Shown here: piece by piece, positions 1-9,261 of the stretch
Layout: each line of letters starts with the position of its first letter
Position numbering within the stretch: position 1 is the first letter of the stretch
From: an uncultured bacterium
Lineage (GTDB): Bacteria; Fidelibacterota; Marinisomatia; Marinisomatales; TCS56
Assembly (NCBI GenBank): GCA_964628055.1
Contig: CAZVNL010000004.1
Location: 7,209 to 71,208 of the forward strand
Length of the DNA: 64,000 bases
Direction of reading: 5' to 3'
Notes under the pieces: model-generated
The model's database searches: none
Told to the model about the DNA's origin: nothing
What the model saw: only the letters and a program-made list of their open reading frames with translations
Position numbers and translations under genes: made by a program

Positions 1-135
1 ACCGTAGCCGCTGCTCGAGCCTCTTCTTCCCCGGGGAAATCGAAGAAAAAATCAATTCCGTGCACCTGGTCCATCTTCGATCCCAAGGCTTCCAATTGGA
101 ATAAGACTCTGAAATCGGGATCGAATTTTTTCACC
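1..135 (-). CDS. partial CDS, 5' end only (runs off the window start); small acidic protein, family uncertain
   Basis: GTG at 135-133 follows a G-rich RBS-like run. The frame stays open to position 1 (VKKFDPDFRVLFQLEALGSKMDQVHGIDFFFDFPGEEEARAAAT). It is absent from the ORF track because there is no stop in the window. Confidence 0.3.
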
Positions 136-184
136 TGATAACCCCCTTTTGGTTTCCCGGATTTATGTTTTTAACTCTACAGGC

Positions 185-1870
185 CTATTTTATCACTAGC
201 AGTTTGCGCACGGCACTCCCGGAGGAGGTGATCATTCGATAGAAATAGATTCCTGAGCTCACTGCCTGGCTATCCCAGACCACCTGGTACTTCCCGGGTG
301 GATAATATCCTTGAAGGAGCGCCTCCACTTGTTCACCCTTAAGGTTGTAGATGACAATCTTGGTGGTTGTAGCTTGTGTTAGCCTAAAGGGGATGACTGT
401 CGTTGCGTTGCAGGGGTTGGGGTAGTTCTGGTCCAGGTGGAAAAAATCGGGGAGGGTAATGACTGACTGGGGAGTTACTAAGGTCGACCGAACCTCGAAG
501 ATGAGCACTCCCACGGGACCGGCGGTGTTTTCATCATCAACGGCATGAAACCATAGGGTATCCGATCCCGTGAAACCTGCAGTGGGAGTGTAGCGGAATT
601 TTCGTTTTCGGGCGCCATATTGGTGAAACGTCCCGTGCTGAGGTATGGTGTCAAGCACGAACCAGAAAATAGCTCCATCGGAATCCTGACCAGTAAATTC
701 CCCCCGGTAAAGGGAATCCTGGAGTACTTCGATTGTTTGGGTGTTGACCAGGGGGGCCTGGTTGGGAGTCCCGTCATAGAGAAAATCCTGCTGAGCAAGG
801 AGATCGTTGTTGCGGTAGATTTTTATTGTCCAATCACCATAATAGTTAGACGTGACTGGTAAGACCCACCAAATATACCACCAGCTACTGGGATAGGTTG
901 TCCCTGGAGAAAAGGTATAGGAATTCCAGAGGCTTCCTTGATAGTAAAATTTCCAGGTCAACTGATCGTTGGTGTGAGCATTACGCAGACGTAACCAGGA
1001 GTACAGGGTGTCTCCCGCCGTAATATGGGTCTTGGTCGGAGGTCGTTCGCAAACCAAGGCCCAGGAAAGGGGCAATGTGGTAAGGCCGTGGGACATGAGT
1101 TGGAAGGGCAAGTTGAGGATGTAATCCGGTTGTTGGGCCCAGCGGGAAGAGTCTGTTTGGCACGGTCCCTGGTAGAGGTCCAGGATCGTGTTATGGTTTA
1201 CTTCAAAGTGTAGGTGAGGGCCGGAAGAGAAGCCTGAACTCCCCACCAGGCCCAGGGTATCTCCCACGGTGACTGAATCTCCCACGGCTACCCGGACAGA
1301 GTTCTTACGCATGTGCCAGTACCAGGCCTCCGAGCCGTCTGGATGCTGCACAATGACGCCATTGGCTTGGACACCGTTAACCCAGGCTGTCCTCCGGTCG
1401 AACTCCCCGTCGTGACGGTAAACCACGTAACCGGAAGCAGCGCTGAGAACGGGAATTCCTTCGTCCATGTCGTAGAAATCCAGAAGTTCAATGTCCGTAC
1501 CCTGATGGCCGTCGTAGGTAACGGATCCGCAGGTATAATCCAGAAGGTTATCACTAGGTGACCAGTCCACATAATTCACGGTGGTTTTACCGGGAGAGTT
1601 GATCCCCCCGCCCCCTAAAGGGTCTTCGAAGAGATAGTCTTGGCGTGGATTAGGTTCTATGGCGCCATAGGCGTGGATTTGTTGCCTCACCAGGTCGTAT
1701 TGGCTGGGGGAAATGCAGTGGTCATGTGGTGTCCGCCCCCCGCCATGGCCGCCTCCCACTACCAACGTTGGGAGCAATACCCCCGTCACCAAAAAGTGTA
1801 AAAAGCAACTCAAAGTCGAATATAGAAACCTACTTTTGGATGACCTTTTTAAACGAATTGTGAAATTCAT
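185..1870 (-). CDS. secreted M23 family metallopeptidase with Ig-like domain and T9SS C-terminal sorting domain
   Basis: 561-aa ORF with an N-terminal hydrophobic signal. M23 motifs are present (YDGHQGTDIE, GSSGFSSGPHLHFEV). An Ig/cadherin-like segment lies near aa 380-470. The C-terminal ~70 aa ends GIYFYRMITSSGSAVRKLLVIK, which is typical of T9SS type-A CTDs. Confidence 0.85.
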   Translation of the reverse strand: MNFTIRLKRSSKSRFLYSTLSCFLHFLVTGVLLPTLVVGGGHGGGRTPHDHCISPSQYDLVRQQIHAYGAIEPNPRQDYLFEDPLGGGGINSPGKTTVNYVDWSPSDNLLDYTCGSVTYDGHQGTDIELLDFYDMDEGIPVLSAASGYVVYRHDGEFDRRTAWVNGVQANGVIVQHPDGSEAWYWHMRKNSVRVAVGDSVTVGDTLGLVGSSGFSSGPHLHFEVNHNTILDLYQGPCQTDSSRWAQQPDYILNLPFQLMSHGLTTLPLSWALVCERPPTKTHITAGDTLYSWLRLRNAHTNDQLTWKFYYQGSLWNSYTFSPGTTYPSSWWYIWWVLPVTSNYYGDWTIKIYRNNDLLAQQDFLYDGTPNQAPLVNTQTIEVLQDSLYRGEFTGQDSDGAIFWFVLDTIPQHGTFHQYGARKRKFRYTPTAGFTGSDTLWFHAVDDENTAGPVGVLIFEVRSTLVTPQSVITLPDFFHLDQNYPNPCNATTVIPFRLTQATTTKIVIYNLKGEQVEALLQGYYPPGKYQVVWDSQAVSSGIYFYRMITSSGSAVRKLLVIK

Positions 1871-1979
1871 TGTTATATTATCACAAAGTGCAAGGAAGGT
1901 TTTTTTCAGCTTACCATTTTCATAGAATCTTTGTAGGTTTAATGGTTGTATCGTTCTCTATTTGAAGTTGGAGGTATGT

Positions 1980-2480
1980 ATGAAAAGAATCTTAAACATT
2001 ACGGCCCTGTTGAGCGGCGCCTTGTGGATGTCTTGTACTACCATGTCCTTTCTTCCCCGGGAAGGTACGGTTTCCAAGTTTAATTTGGCTACTGTAGAAT
2101 ATGTACAGACAGTGAACCAAACCCAACGGGAAACCATGGCACAGGAATTATTCGATCAACTTGATCCCATGCTGGACTCCCTGTTAGCAGGTGACCGGGA
2201 GACTGTGCAGCAATTAGCCACCCTGGTCTCGGAACAGGAAAAAAAGCTCACCACGCTCTCAGCCGAAATGGACAGTACTGAAGCTAATGTCCTTAAAGTC
2301 TCCAGCAAGATGCTTCGGGACCTGGCGGACTTGCGTTCGGCTAACACCAACATGCAACTATACATTGACCAGTTAAAAGGTAACCTGGAGAGCCTTCCGT
2401 TGAACATGTTGCGGGAGCTCAACACCGCCATTGAGCAGTATATCCAGGCCAACAACCCCTCTGAGACGACTACTGAATAA
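1980..2480 (+). CDS. hypothetical coiled-coil lipoprotein
   Basis: ATG at 1980 lies 5 nt after GGAGG (1970-1974). The signal peptide MKRILNITALLSGALWMSC has a lipobox-like Cys. The rest is helical and Gln/Leu-rich. The ORF-track start at 1962 (TTG) is less likely. Confidence 0.6.
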   Translation: MKRILNITALLSGALWMSCTTMSFLPREGTVSKFNLATVEYVQTVNQTQRETMAQELFDQLDPMLDSLLAGDRETVQQLATLVSEQEKKLTTLSAEMDSTEANVLKVSSKMLRDLADLRSANTNMQLYIDQLKGNLESLPLNMLRELNTAIEQYIQANNPSETTTE

Positions 2481-2679
2481 GACCTTTTACCACTTTTTTG
2501 CTGTACTGAGAATAACCGGCGGTACAGTTTTAAGCAGATTCGGTTTTCAGGGGGGAATCAAACGGTAGTTAGTTGTGGGGAACAGGTCATAACGCCATCA
2601 TTCCATTTTTCGTTCTTTTGTCATTAATACGACTTCCCCATTTCAACGGGTACTGTTAGGCGATATTCGTTTTCGTTTA

Positions 2680-3300
2680 GTGCGTAATGGAGATTCCCGG
2701 CGGCGCTACATCTGGATACACGGGGATGAAGACACGGCTCGACGGGCGCTCGATCACCATCTCCAAACCGCTAGAGGGTGGGCTTTTTATATCGAGAGTT
2801 CCACCCGCGAGGTATCCTTTGGTGATGGTCGGATTGACCCCAACCGCATGTTCAGTCGCTCGGGAGCGGTGAGTGATTTTCTCCGCTGTAACCCCCAGTG
2901 GACGCCTGCTTACTTAGCAACCCAACTGAATTTACTCGACGAGGCTCGAGAAACCTTTTTAAACCTTCTGTTGCCACCGCCGGGGGGACTTTTAGTCTCG
3001 GTTCATAACAATTCCCAGGGGTATTCGTTGGAGACCGAACGGGATAAAAGTCAGGCCCAGGTGGTGAGGAGCGGTGTCGATCTCCATGACTTCTTCCTTT
3101 GTGTGGCTGAAAAAGATTTCGCCATTTTACAGGATTCCCCTTACAATGTTATTCTCCAGGCGAAGAATATTGAGGATGACGGTTCCCTCTCCTGCCTGGC
3201 TGCCCGGCGAGGGGTTCGCTATGTGAATTGCGAAGTGTCTTTAGGGAATCTTGCCCGGCAACAGGCAATGTTGGCCTATCTTGATGAGCATTTAGACTAA
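2680..3300 (+). CDS. hypothetical protein, possible zinc-hydrolase-like (IHGDE ... DPNRMF ... SVHNN motifs)
   Basis: 206-aa ORF with a GTG start. The motif pattern loosely recalls AstE/AspA or M14-like hydrolases, but I cannot place it in a family. Confidence 0.45.
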   Translation: MRNGDSRRRYIWIHGDEDTARRALDHHLQTARGWAFYIESSTREVSFGDGRIDPNRMFSRSGAVSDFLRCNPQWTPAYLATQLNLLDEARETFLNLLLPPPGGLLVSVHNNSQGYSLETERDKSQAQVVRSGVDLHDFFLCVAEKDFAILQDSPYNVILQAKNIEDDGSLSCLAARRGVRYVNCEVSLGNLARQQAMLAYLDEHLD

Positions 3301-3316
3301 AACTTTAATCCTAAGC

Positions 3317-3799
3317 TCAGTTTCCCCTGGTTGCCTTTCTCTGAGAAGAGCGCCAGTAAAAGAGTAGAACCAGCCCGGCGAGATTAGGAAACCAGACCAA
3401 TGGATGTGACCAGGGAACCCCGGAGAAGGTGACGGAAGAGAGGGGCCAGAGGAATTTTGTGGGGAAAAAGGCCCGGGTGTGGAAGGGGAGATCTAACAGA
3501 ATGTGGAATGGCCAGGCCAACAGCGGAAAAACGAGCGGTTTTTTCCACCTCCACACGCACACTAACAGTAAAGAGACAACCAATAGACTATGGGTTAAAT
3601 CATAGACCCAAAGCAACCAGGTTGGCAATGTATCTAACGGGGGCGGTCCGAATTTTAAAGGTCCTTGAAACAACCGAAAAGGAAGGTAGAGACCAAAGGA
3701 GACTAAATCGGGGAAGGCGCCCCAAAAGGTTGCCCACCAGGGGTGTCCACGGTAGCCAAACAGACCCCGCCCCCATAAAGCGTGACTTAACGTATCCAC
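3317..3799 (-). CDS. membrane-bound metal-dependent hydrolase, YdjM/DUF457-like
   Basis: 160 aa and multi-TM. The N-terminus MDTLSHALWG and the His-rich C-terminal TM segment (PFHILLDLPFH) are typical of DUF457. Confidence 0.7.
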   Translation of the reverse strand: MDTLSHALWGRGLFGYRGHPWWATFWGAFPDLVSFGLYLPFRLFQGPLKFGPPPLDTLPTWLLWVYDLTHSLLVVSLLLVCVWRWKKPLVFPLLAWPFHILLDLPFHTRAFFPTKFLWPLSSVTFSGVPWSHPLVWFPNLAGLVLLFYWRSSQRKATRGN

Positions 3800-3949
3800 A
3801 AATGGTTACCCAGTCGCACAGGTTGTAGACTTAGTCAACGACAAAATAAGTCTTTTAACAGCGAATCGCCTAGAATATTTTTCCCCAGAAATTGAAATTC
3901 AATGTAGTTTTCTAATTGGTAAATACCTAAAAGACAGGAGGTGTTACGC

Positions 3950-4153
3950 ATGTTATCTGGTACCGTTAAAGAATGGGATCGTGATAAGGGTTACGGTTTC
4001 ATCGAAGGGGAGGATGGGAATGATTATTTTGTCCATATTTCGGGATTAAGACCACAATTGAAGCAACGGGGATTACTCCCGGGACAGAAGGTGTTGTTCG
4101 ATGTGGATTTTGATATGAAAGGGGACAAGGCCATTAATGTACGCCCTTCTTAG
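3950..4153 (+). CDS. csp: cold-shock domain protein (CspA family)
   Basis: AGGAGG at 3936-3941 lies 8 nt before ATG 3950. The sequence GTVKEWDRDKGYGFIEGEDGNDYFVHISGL contains the RNP1 and RNP2 motifs. A ~140-nt AT-rich leader lies upstream. Confidence 0.9.
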   Translation: MLSGTVKEWDRDKGYGFIEGEDGNDYFVHISGLRPQLKQRGLLPGQKVLFDVDFDMKGDKAINVRPS

Positions 4154-4203
4154 TGTCATTTACCGGTTTGGTAATATAACCGATCGTTACGGGTTTTAAG
4201 GCT

Positions 4204-5394
4204 TTAATAGAAGAACTGCTGTATATCATAGACGGCTACCTTCACACCGGGAGCGGAAACGTCACGAAAGGCGTGTTTTAATTCATTGGCCATGCGGCGA
4301 ATTTCCAGACGCGTAGGGGGTTGGATCTGCCGCTCCGTGAGGACTTGGACATATTCCGGGTTGGTCTCGTAGAATTCGGAGACGTAGATGATGTCTCCCT
4401 GAGTGAGGGGCATTTTGCTCACCAATTGCGTTGAGGCCTCCCGATGGTGTTTGTGGAACGCTTTCCCCCCCGCCCCTGCTAAAAAGATCACCCCGATGGC
4501 CAACCCGCCCGCTTTGAGTTTTTCCGTGAGCGTGAGGATTGCCTCCAATGATTGGGGCTTATTCAGCAGAGCCAGGAGGTCGGGATCACCAGACTCCACA
4601 CCTAAATAGACCCTTTTCACTCCCCACTCTTTCAACTGGGAGAAGTTATAGGCGCTTTTTTTGATTCCCGTGAATACGTCGATGAATGAAAATATAGGCC
4701 TGGCAGGTAGCTCTGCCCGGATTTGGCGGAGAATGGGAAGCAGTTTTCGCTGAGGGATTACTAGGGCATTGGCATCGGCCAGGAAAATGCTGCGGCGCAA
4801 ACGCACGCCGGCTCCTAAAAAGTCCTTTACTGCGTCTACGTGGTGGGCTACCTCCGCTAAAGGTTTGATGCGGAATGGGCGATCCCGGTAAAAGTTGCAG
4901 AAAGTGCACCGGTTGTAGTTACACCCCTCTGTGATCTGTAACACCAGGGCTAAATACTGGTCGGGCGGCAAGATGGAGATAGGACGGTAAAGGTCGTGGA
5001 AATGTTGTTCCTCTACTTGTAAACGTTCCGGTGTCCAGCGTAGGATTTGATCCACAGCGGACTTGAAAACTTCTGGCAGATGCGAGAATTCTTGCCGGAG
5101 TAGCCCTGCACAACGTTTGATCAGTTCCCAACCATCGCGTTCAGGTAAAGGTTCTACGGCGCGGAATGTTTCCCCCGCCTCACTCCAACGGGACTTCTTG
5201 AAAAAGCGATTGTCCAGGGTGCGGCGATAGTTCACCCCCTCCACGTACATCCCTACCAGACGCCCTTCCCAATCGAATGTCCACAGGTTGTTGGCTGGTG
5301 TATTAAAAATATTGATGACCTGTGCTTTCAAGGTGAGAAGTACTTCTCGCTGATGGTCTAAAGGGAATTTGTACTGCTGGATTGGCGGTTTCAT
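4204..5394 (-). CDS. radical SAM domain protein with non-canonical CX4CX2C cluster motif
   Basis: The motif LQITEGCNYNRCTFCNFY was verified by translating 4945-4880. A GVESG-type strand follows. I start the gene at ATG 5394 (MKPPIQQYKF). The 519-aa ORF-track version extends into the M48 gene and is rejected. Confidence 0.8.
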   Translation of the reverse strand: MKPPIQQYKFPLDHQREVLLTLKAQVINIFNTPANNLWTFDWEGRLVGMYVEGVNYRRTLDNRFFKKSRWSEAGETFRAVEPLPERDGWELIKRCAGLLRQEFSHLPEVFKSAVDQILRWTPERLQVEEQHFHDLYRPISILPPDQYLALVLQITEGCNYNRCTFCNFYRDRPFRIKPLAEVAHHVDAVKDFLGAGVRLRRSIFLADANALVIPQRKLLPILRQIRAELPARPIFSFIDVFTGIKKSAYNFSQLKEWGVKRVYLGVESGDPDLLALLNKPQSLEAILTLTEKLKAGGLAIGVIFLAGAGGKAFHKHHREASTQLVSKMPLTQGDIIYVSEFYETNPEYVQVLTERQIQPPTRLEIRRMANELKHAFRDVSAPGVKVAVYDIQQFFY

Positions 5395-5444
5395 TAGCAA
5401 AAAGCGTAGCTGGTTGTGGTCATAAAATGGTATGCGGGTTACTA

Positions 5445-6596
5445 TCAGACTTCCATCTGAGATTCGGCCAGGGCCAGGCGCTCCCCAATGGGTGGATGGG
5501 AGTAATACAACACTTTCACCCACCAGACAGGGTAGGCGTTGGAGAGGTTGCGATTGGCCAAGCCGGCTAAGGCTGCTTGGAAGGCTTCTTTCTGGGGAAT
5601 GAGTCGTAGGGCGGTTCGGTCGGCTTGGCGTTCCCAGTAGCGCGCCAGGGCGTGGCTGAGGGGACCCAACACGAACCCGGAAAGGAAACTGAACAGGAGA
5701 ATGAAGACGGGGAAGAGGGTGAGATTCCAGCGGGTATTTTCTAAGAAGTAGGGCCAACCCCAACGCAGGACCCGATCCAGGACGAAGAAAACCACCAGTT
5801 GTTGCAAAGACCCGATGAGGATTTGTTTGGTAAGGTGGTGGTGTTCATAATGCCCTACTTCGTGGGCGATGATGGATTCGATTTCCGGAATACTCATGTG
5901 CGCCAGGAGATTATCAGCTAGCACCACCCTCCGGGTTTCCCCCAGTCCCGCTAAAAAAGCGTTCTCCTTCTTTGTTTGGCGGCTCATATCCTCTTTGAAA
6001 AAGCCACTGGGTCGCAATCCCCCTTTCCTGAGGAGTTTTTCCAGGCGCTGGGTTAAATCTTGATCGTCGATTGGTTCGTATTTATTGAAAATGGGCAGGA
6101 TTACCACGGGGGCCAGGGTTGTCAATAGAACCCCAACGACGATAGAGGCTAAACTGGTGAGCCACCACCAGTGAAGGGGATAGACCGCCATGATCCAAAA
6201 CAACAATCCCACCAGCAAAAGCGATAGGACCAGTCCAACCAGGTAACCCTTGAGTTGTTCAAGTAGCCAGGAGGCCACGGTATGGTTGGAGAAATGCCAC
6301 TTGTGTTCATGGATATATCCGCTGTAGTACCTGAGCGGGAAAGTTACCAAAGTGGCCAGGGTTAGGAGAACGAGCAAGTAGAAAACCACGGTCATGGCCA
6401 TGGTGGAACCGAAACGGAGTTGGGTCAGGTAAGCGCTAAATCCGCTGGCGTAGAACATCAGTAAAAATAGTAACGACAAGAGAAAACCGGCGAGCCCCAG
6501 GAGACGTTTCTCTTTTTCATACTGCTGGGCCTGCCTTTGCTTCTCTTCGTCTAACAAGGGATGGATTGAAGGATTTTTCGTGGTTTTTTCGTGCAT
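5445..6596 (-). CDS. M48 family (Ste24/HtpX-like) integral membrane zinc metalloprotease
   Basis: 383 aa with multiple TM helices. The HEXXH motif is HEVGHYEHHH, and a C-terminal SHPPIGERL motif is present. Confidence 0.9.
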   Translation of the reverse strand: MHEKTTKNPSIHPLLDEEKQRQAQQYEKEKRLLGLAGFLLSLLFLLMFYASGFSAYLTQLRFGSTMAMTVVFYLLVLLTLATLVTFPLRYYSGYIHEHKWHFSNHTVASWLLEQLKGYLVGLVLSLLLVGLLFWIMAVYPLHWWWLTSLASIVVGVLLTTLAPVVILPIFNKYEPIDDQDLTQRLEKLLRKGGLRPSGFFKEDMSRQTKKENAFLAGLGETRRVVLADNLLAHMSIPEIESIIAHEVGHYEHHHLTKQILIGSLQQLVVFFVLDRVLRWGWPYFLENTRWNLTLFPVFILLFSFLSGFVLGPLSHALARYWERQADRTALRLIPQKEAFQAALAGLANRNLSNAYPVWWVKVLYYSHPPIGERLALAESQMEV

Positions 6597-6616
6597 GTTA
6601 CTGTCTATACTGAAGT

Positions 6617-7309
6617 TCAGGTGTGTTTTCTATCGTTAGCGTCAGGTGTGGGTTCCAGGAAATTCCGGATGATGCGGATAGCCGGTAAGGGAATCTTGTG
6701 GTTGGCTTCCACCCAGGCTAAAGTCACAGAATACCCGGAATTTTTTAAAAGGTTATAAACCACCTGACTTTCGTGTGGATCCACGATGGTGTCACGGGTT
6801 CCGTGAAGCATGAGGATGGGGGTTCCCCGGCTGGTGGGGGTGGCAGCAGTCTGAAGGTGGGCTTGATCTTTAACCATGCCCGCAAACCACACCACACCTC
6901 CCAGGGCGACCTTCAAGCGCAAGGCGAATTCCAGGGCCAGGCTGGCACCCATGGAAAACCCTACTAAGTAGAGGTTGGTAGGGGAGAACCCCCTATTTTG
7001 CAAATTAGCCAACAAGGTTCTCAAGAGGGTGAAAGAACGTTTGGTTTTCCAGCCTTCCGCGTCGGAACCGCTGAACCAGGTATAGTTCTTGCCGGTACTG
7101 GCCGGGTAAGGAGCGCGGGGGCAGAACCACACCGTAGAAGGGGCTCGTACGGCTTTAGCCACCGTGAGCATGGCGGATTCGTCCCCGGTCCAGCCGTGGA
7201 GGCCTATCACAGCCTGTGTCGGGTGCGCATGAACCTGAAAGGTAGCCAGAGGATGATTCTTTAAGAGTGTTTCGAAGGACTGGTCGGTTGTGGGGAAGTC
7301 GTTCACCAT
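6617..7309 (-). CDS. alpha/beta hydrolase, phospholipase/carboxylesterase family
   Basis: 230 aa. It has a GLHGWTGDE region, the nucleophile elbow GFSMGA, and HGTRDTIV near the C-terminus. Confidence 0.8.
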   Translation of the reverse strand: MVNDFPTTDQSFETLLKNHPLATFQVHAHPTQAVIGLHGWTGDESAMLTVAKAVRAPSTVWFCPRAPYPASTGKNYTWFSGSDAEGWKTKRSFTLLRTLLANLQNRGFSPTNLYLVGFSMGASLALEFALRLKVALGGVVWFAGMVKDQAHLQTAATPTSRGTPILMLHGTRDTIVDPHESQVVYNLLKNSGYSVTLAWVEANHKIPLPAIRIIRNFLEPTPDANDRKHT

Positions 7310-7354
7310 TCTTCCAGGGGTACAGATAGTGCCGTTAATCCATTTACGGGAAGG

Positions 7355-7618
7355 TTACTCGCAGCAGCAATTATCCACCACGGTAATGTTGTTCTTCTCC
7401 GCCCCGATTATTTGATAGCGCACGCAGGCACCGATTTGCAATTCCTCGAGCGTTGTATCGGCTACAAATTCTGCAATGTTCTCCGCAGCGACCTCCGTGA
7501 AAAGGTACCCTTCGGTGAGGTCGCCACAGTCAGCGCAATCATTGCCTTTATTGCAGGCCCCGGTAACAATTAGGATTGCCGTAAACAAACTGATTACGAT
7601 GGCGAAACGTCGTTTCAT
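7355..7618 (-). CDS. small Cys-rich lipoprotein, hypothetical
   Basis: 87 aa with signal plus lipobox (LIVTGAC). There are 7 Cys including a terminal CCCE. Confidence 0.55.
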   Translation of the reverse strand: MKRRFAIVISLFTAILIVTGACNKGNDCADCGDLTEGYLFTEVAAENIAEFVADTTLEELQIGACVRYQIIGAEKNNITVVDNCCCE

Positions 7619-7638
7619 AGAACCTCCGTTAAGTGATC

Positions 7639-7956
7639 TTATGGGGTTTTTGGGAAGTTAGCGGCGGCCGTCAGCACCCACTTGGCGTTAGCGGGGGTAC
7701 GGCTGGGTTCCAGGCGGTAGAGCTCCCCGGTTGCCGTGTCCAGGAGATAATGCCAGTGAGTACGGTCGATGGAGAAACTCTGGAGTTGGTAGCGGCCACT
7801 CTGGTTGCTTTTGGTCGTTTCCTGTTTAATATAGGTCTCCAGGCGTTTTAGGATTGCCCGTAGGGAATCGTCCTGAAGTTCGGTTGATCCCAGGAAGAAA
7901 AAGATGCCCATCATCAGGGCAATCCCCGAGATCAGACCCGTAAGGTACTGTTTCAT
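7639..7956 (-). CDS. hypothetical single-pass membrane protein
   Basis: 105 aa with an N-terminal TM helix (LISGIALMMGIFFFLG). No family recognised. Confidence 0.5.
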   Translation of the reverse strand: MKQYLTGLISGIALMMGIFFFLGSTELQDDSLRAILKRLETYIKQETTKSNQSGRYQLQSFSIDRTHWHYLLDTATGELYRLEPSRTPANAKWVLTAAANFPKTP

Positions 7957-7976
7957 AAACCCTCCTTTCTTGAGCG

Positions 7977-8630
7977 TTACGATCTTCTGCGGCTCGCCTC
8001 GTAAGCGGCCATGCGTTCAACGAAATCGGCTTCATTCTCAGCCTGTAAAAGGGGACTGAGGAGAATGTTTTCTTCCAGGGTGGCCGTGGGTTGCGGCCCA
8101 TAGTCGTGGCCCGGATAAATGGTTGTATTTCCCGGTAAAATAAGCACTTTCTGGTACACGGAATGATATAATTGGCAGACGTCGCTCCCGGGACTGACGG
8201 TTCGTCCGGTGCGCCCGATGAACAAGGTATCCCCGGTGAATAAGGCATCTTCCATGAGGAAACATACCGAATCGGGATAATGCCCTGGTGTGTATAACGC
8301 CTGGATCCGGACGTTACCCAGACTGATGATACTACCTTCTTGTAGGGGCATAAGGTGTTCAGTGCCGATTTTTCGGGCGCCAGACTCGTGAACGGCCACC
8401 CGAGCTTCCGGATAGCGGTGCAGGTAATCCCTCAAATAGACAAGGTGGTCCCCGTGGGTGTGGGTGATGCCGATGTATTTTAGGGTTTTCAAGTAGGATT
8501 GTAATCCCTGGAGGGGCAGGGCCGCGTCCACTAAAAATTGTTCCCTGGTGGTGGTCTCCGTGACCAGGTAGGTCAGGTTGTCATCGAAACCACCCTTAAA
8601 AGAACGGATGGAGAGTAGATTTTTTCGCAT
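7977..8630 (-). CDS. MBL-fold metallo-hydrolase (glyoxalase II-like)
   Basis: 217 aa with the ITHTHGDH motif and later TPGHYPDS and PGHDYG motifs. Confidence 0.85.
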   Translation of the reverse strand: MRKNLLSIRSFKGGFDDNLTYLVTETTTREQFLVDAALPLQGLQSYLKTLKYIGITHTHGDHLVYLRDYLHRYPEARVAVHESGARKIGTEHLMPLQEGSIISLGNVRIQALYTPGHYPDSVCFLMEDALFTGDTLFIGRTGRTVSPGSDVCQLYHSVYQKVLILPGNTTIYPGHDYGPQPTATLEENILLSPLLQAENEADFVERMAAYEASRRRS

Positions 8631-8728
8631 GTTTTAAGAAATGATGCTGACTCTAAAGGGGTTGTAGTTTATTTTTCCATAGGGATAAATGTACTACTTT
8701 CGTTCAATTAATAGCATAAGGAGTCGTT

Positions 8729-8941
8729 ATGAAGCAGACAGCGGTTTATTTAATCCTCATTGGCATTGCTGTCTTTATCCTGGCTTTCCTGGGAACCATC
8801 ATTAAATATGTTGTCAGTCATCCCCTATTGGGGTTGGCGTTATTGGCCATCTTGGTAGGCGTGGCGTTGTTGCTTTACAGCTTTTACCAGGAAGGGCAAT
8901 CCTCGGAAGAAGAGAAACCGTTAAAGAAGGTTGAGAAATGA
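8729..8941 (+). CDS. small two-TM membrane protein, hypothetical
   Basis: 70 aa with two hydrophobic helices. Its stop overlaps the ybjQ start (ATGA). Confidence 0.5.
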   Translation: MKQTAVYLILIGIAVFILAFLGTIIKYVVSHPLLGLALLAILVGVALLLYSFYQEGQSSEEEKPLKKVEK

Positions 8942-9261
8942 AGGTAGTGACCACGGAAACAGTAGTGGGTTTTACCATTAAGGAGCATTTGGGAACGGTA
9001 GTGGGGAACACCATTCGGGCGCGCCATATCGGTAAAGACGTGATGGCTGGTCTCAGGGCCGTGGCCGGCGGCGAAATCAAGGAATACACTAAGATGTTAG
9101 CCGAGTCCCGGGAACAGGCTCTACAGAGGATGATCGCCCAGGCAGAGGCTCTGGGAGCCAATGGGATCGTCAACGTTCGCTTTCAAACTTCCATGATTCT
9201 CTCAACCACGGCGGAATTGCTGGCTTATGGAACGGCCGTTATCCTGGAACCGATCACCTAA
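8938..9261 (+). CDS. ybjQ: YbjQ family protein (UPF0145)
   Basis: 107 aa. The segment GTVVGNTIRARHIGKDVMAGLRAVAGGEIKEYTKMLAESREQALQRM is the typical YbjQ pattern. Confidence 0.85.
   Translation: MKVVTTETVVGFTIKEHLGTVVGNTIRARHIGKDVMAGLRAVAGGEIKEYTKMLAESREQALQRMIAQAEALGANGIVNVRFQTSMILSTTAELLAYGTAVILEPIT

Noticed and set aside
5395-5763. N-terminal 123 codons of the 519-aa ORF 4204..5763
   Set aside because: The extension is Pro/Arg/Ser-rich and low in complexity. It overlaps the well-supported M48 peptidase gene (5445..6596) in another frame. An internal ATG at 5394 gives a sensible radical SAM protein with a 50-nt intergenic gap.
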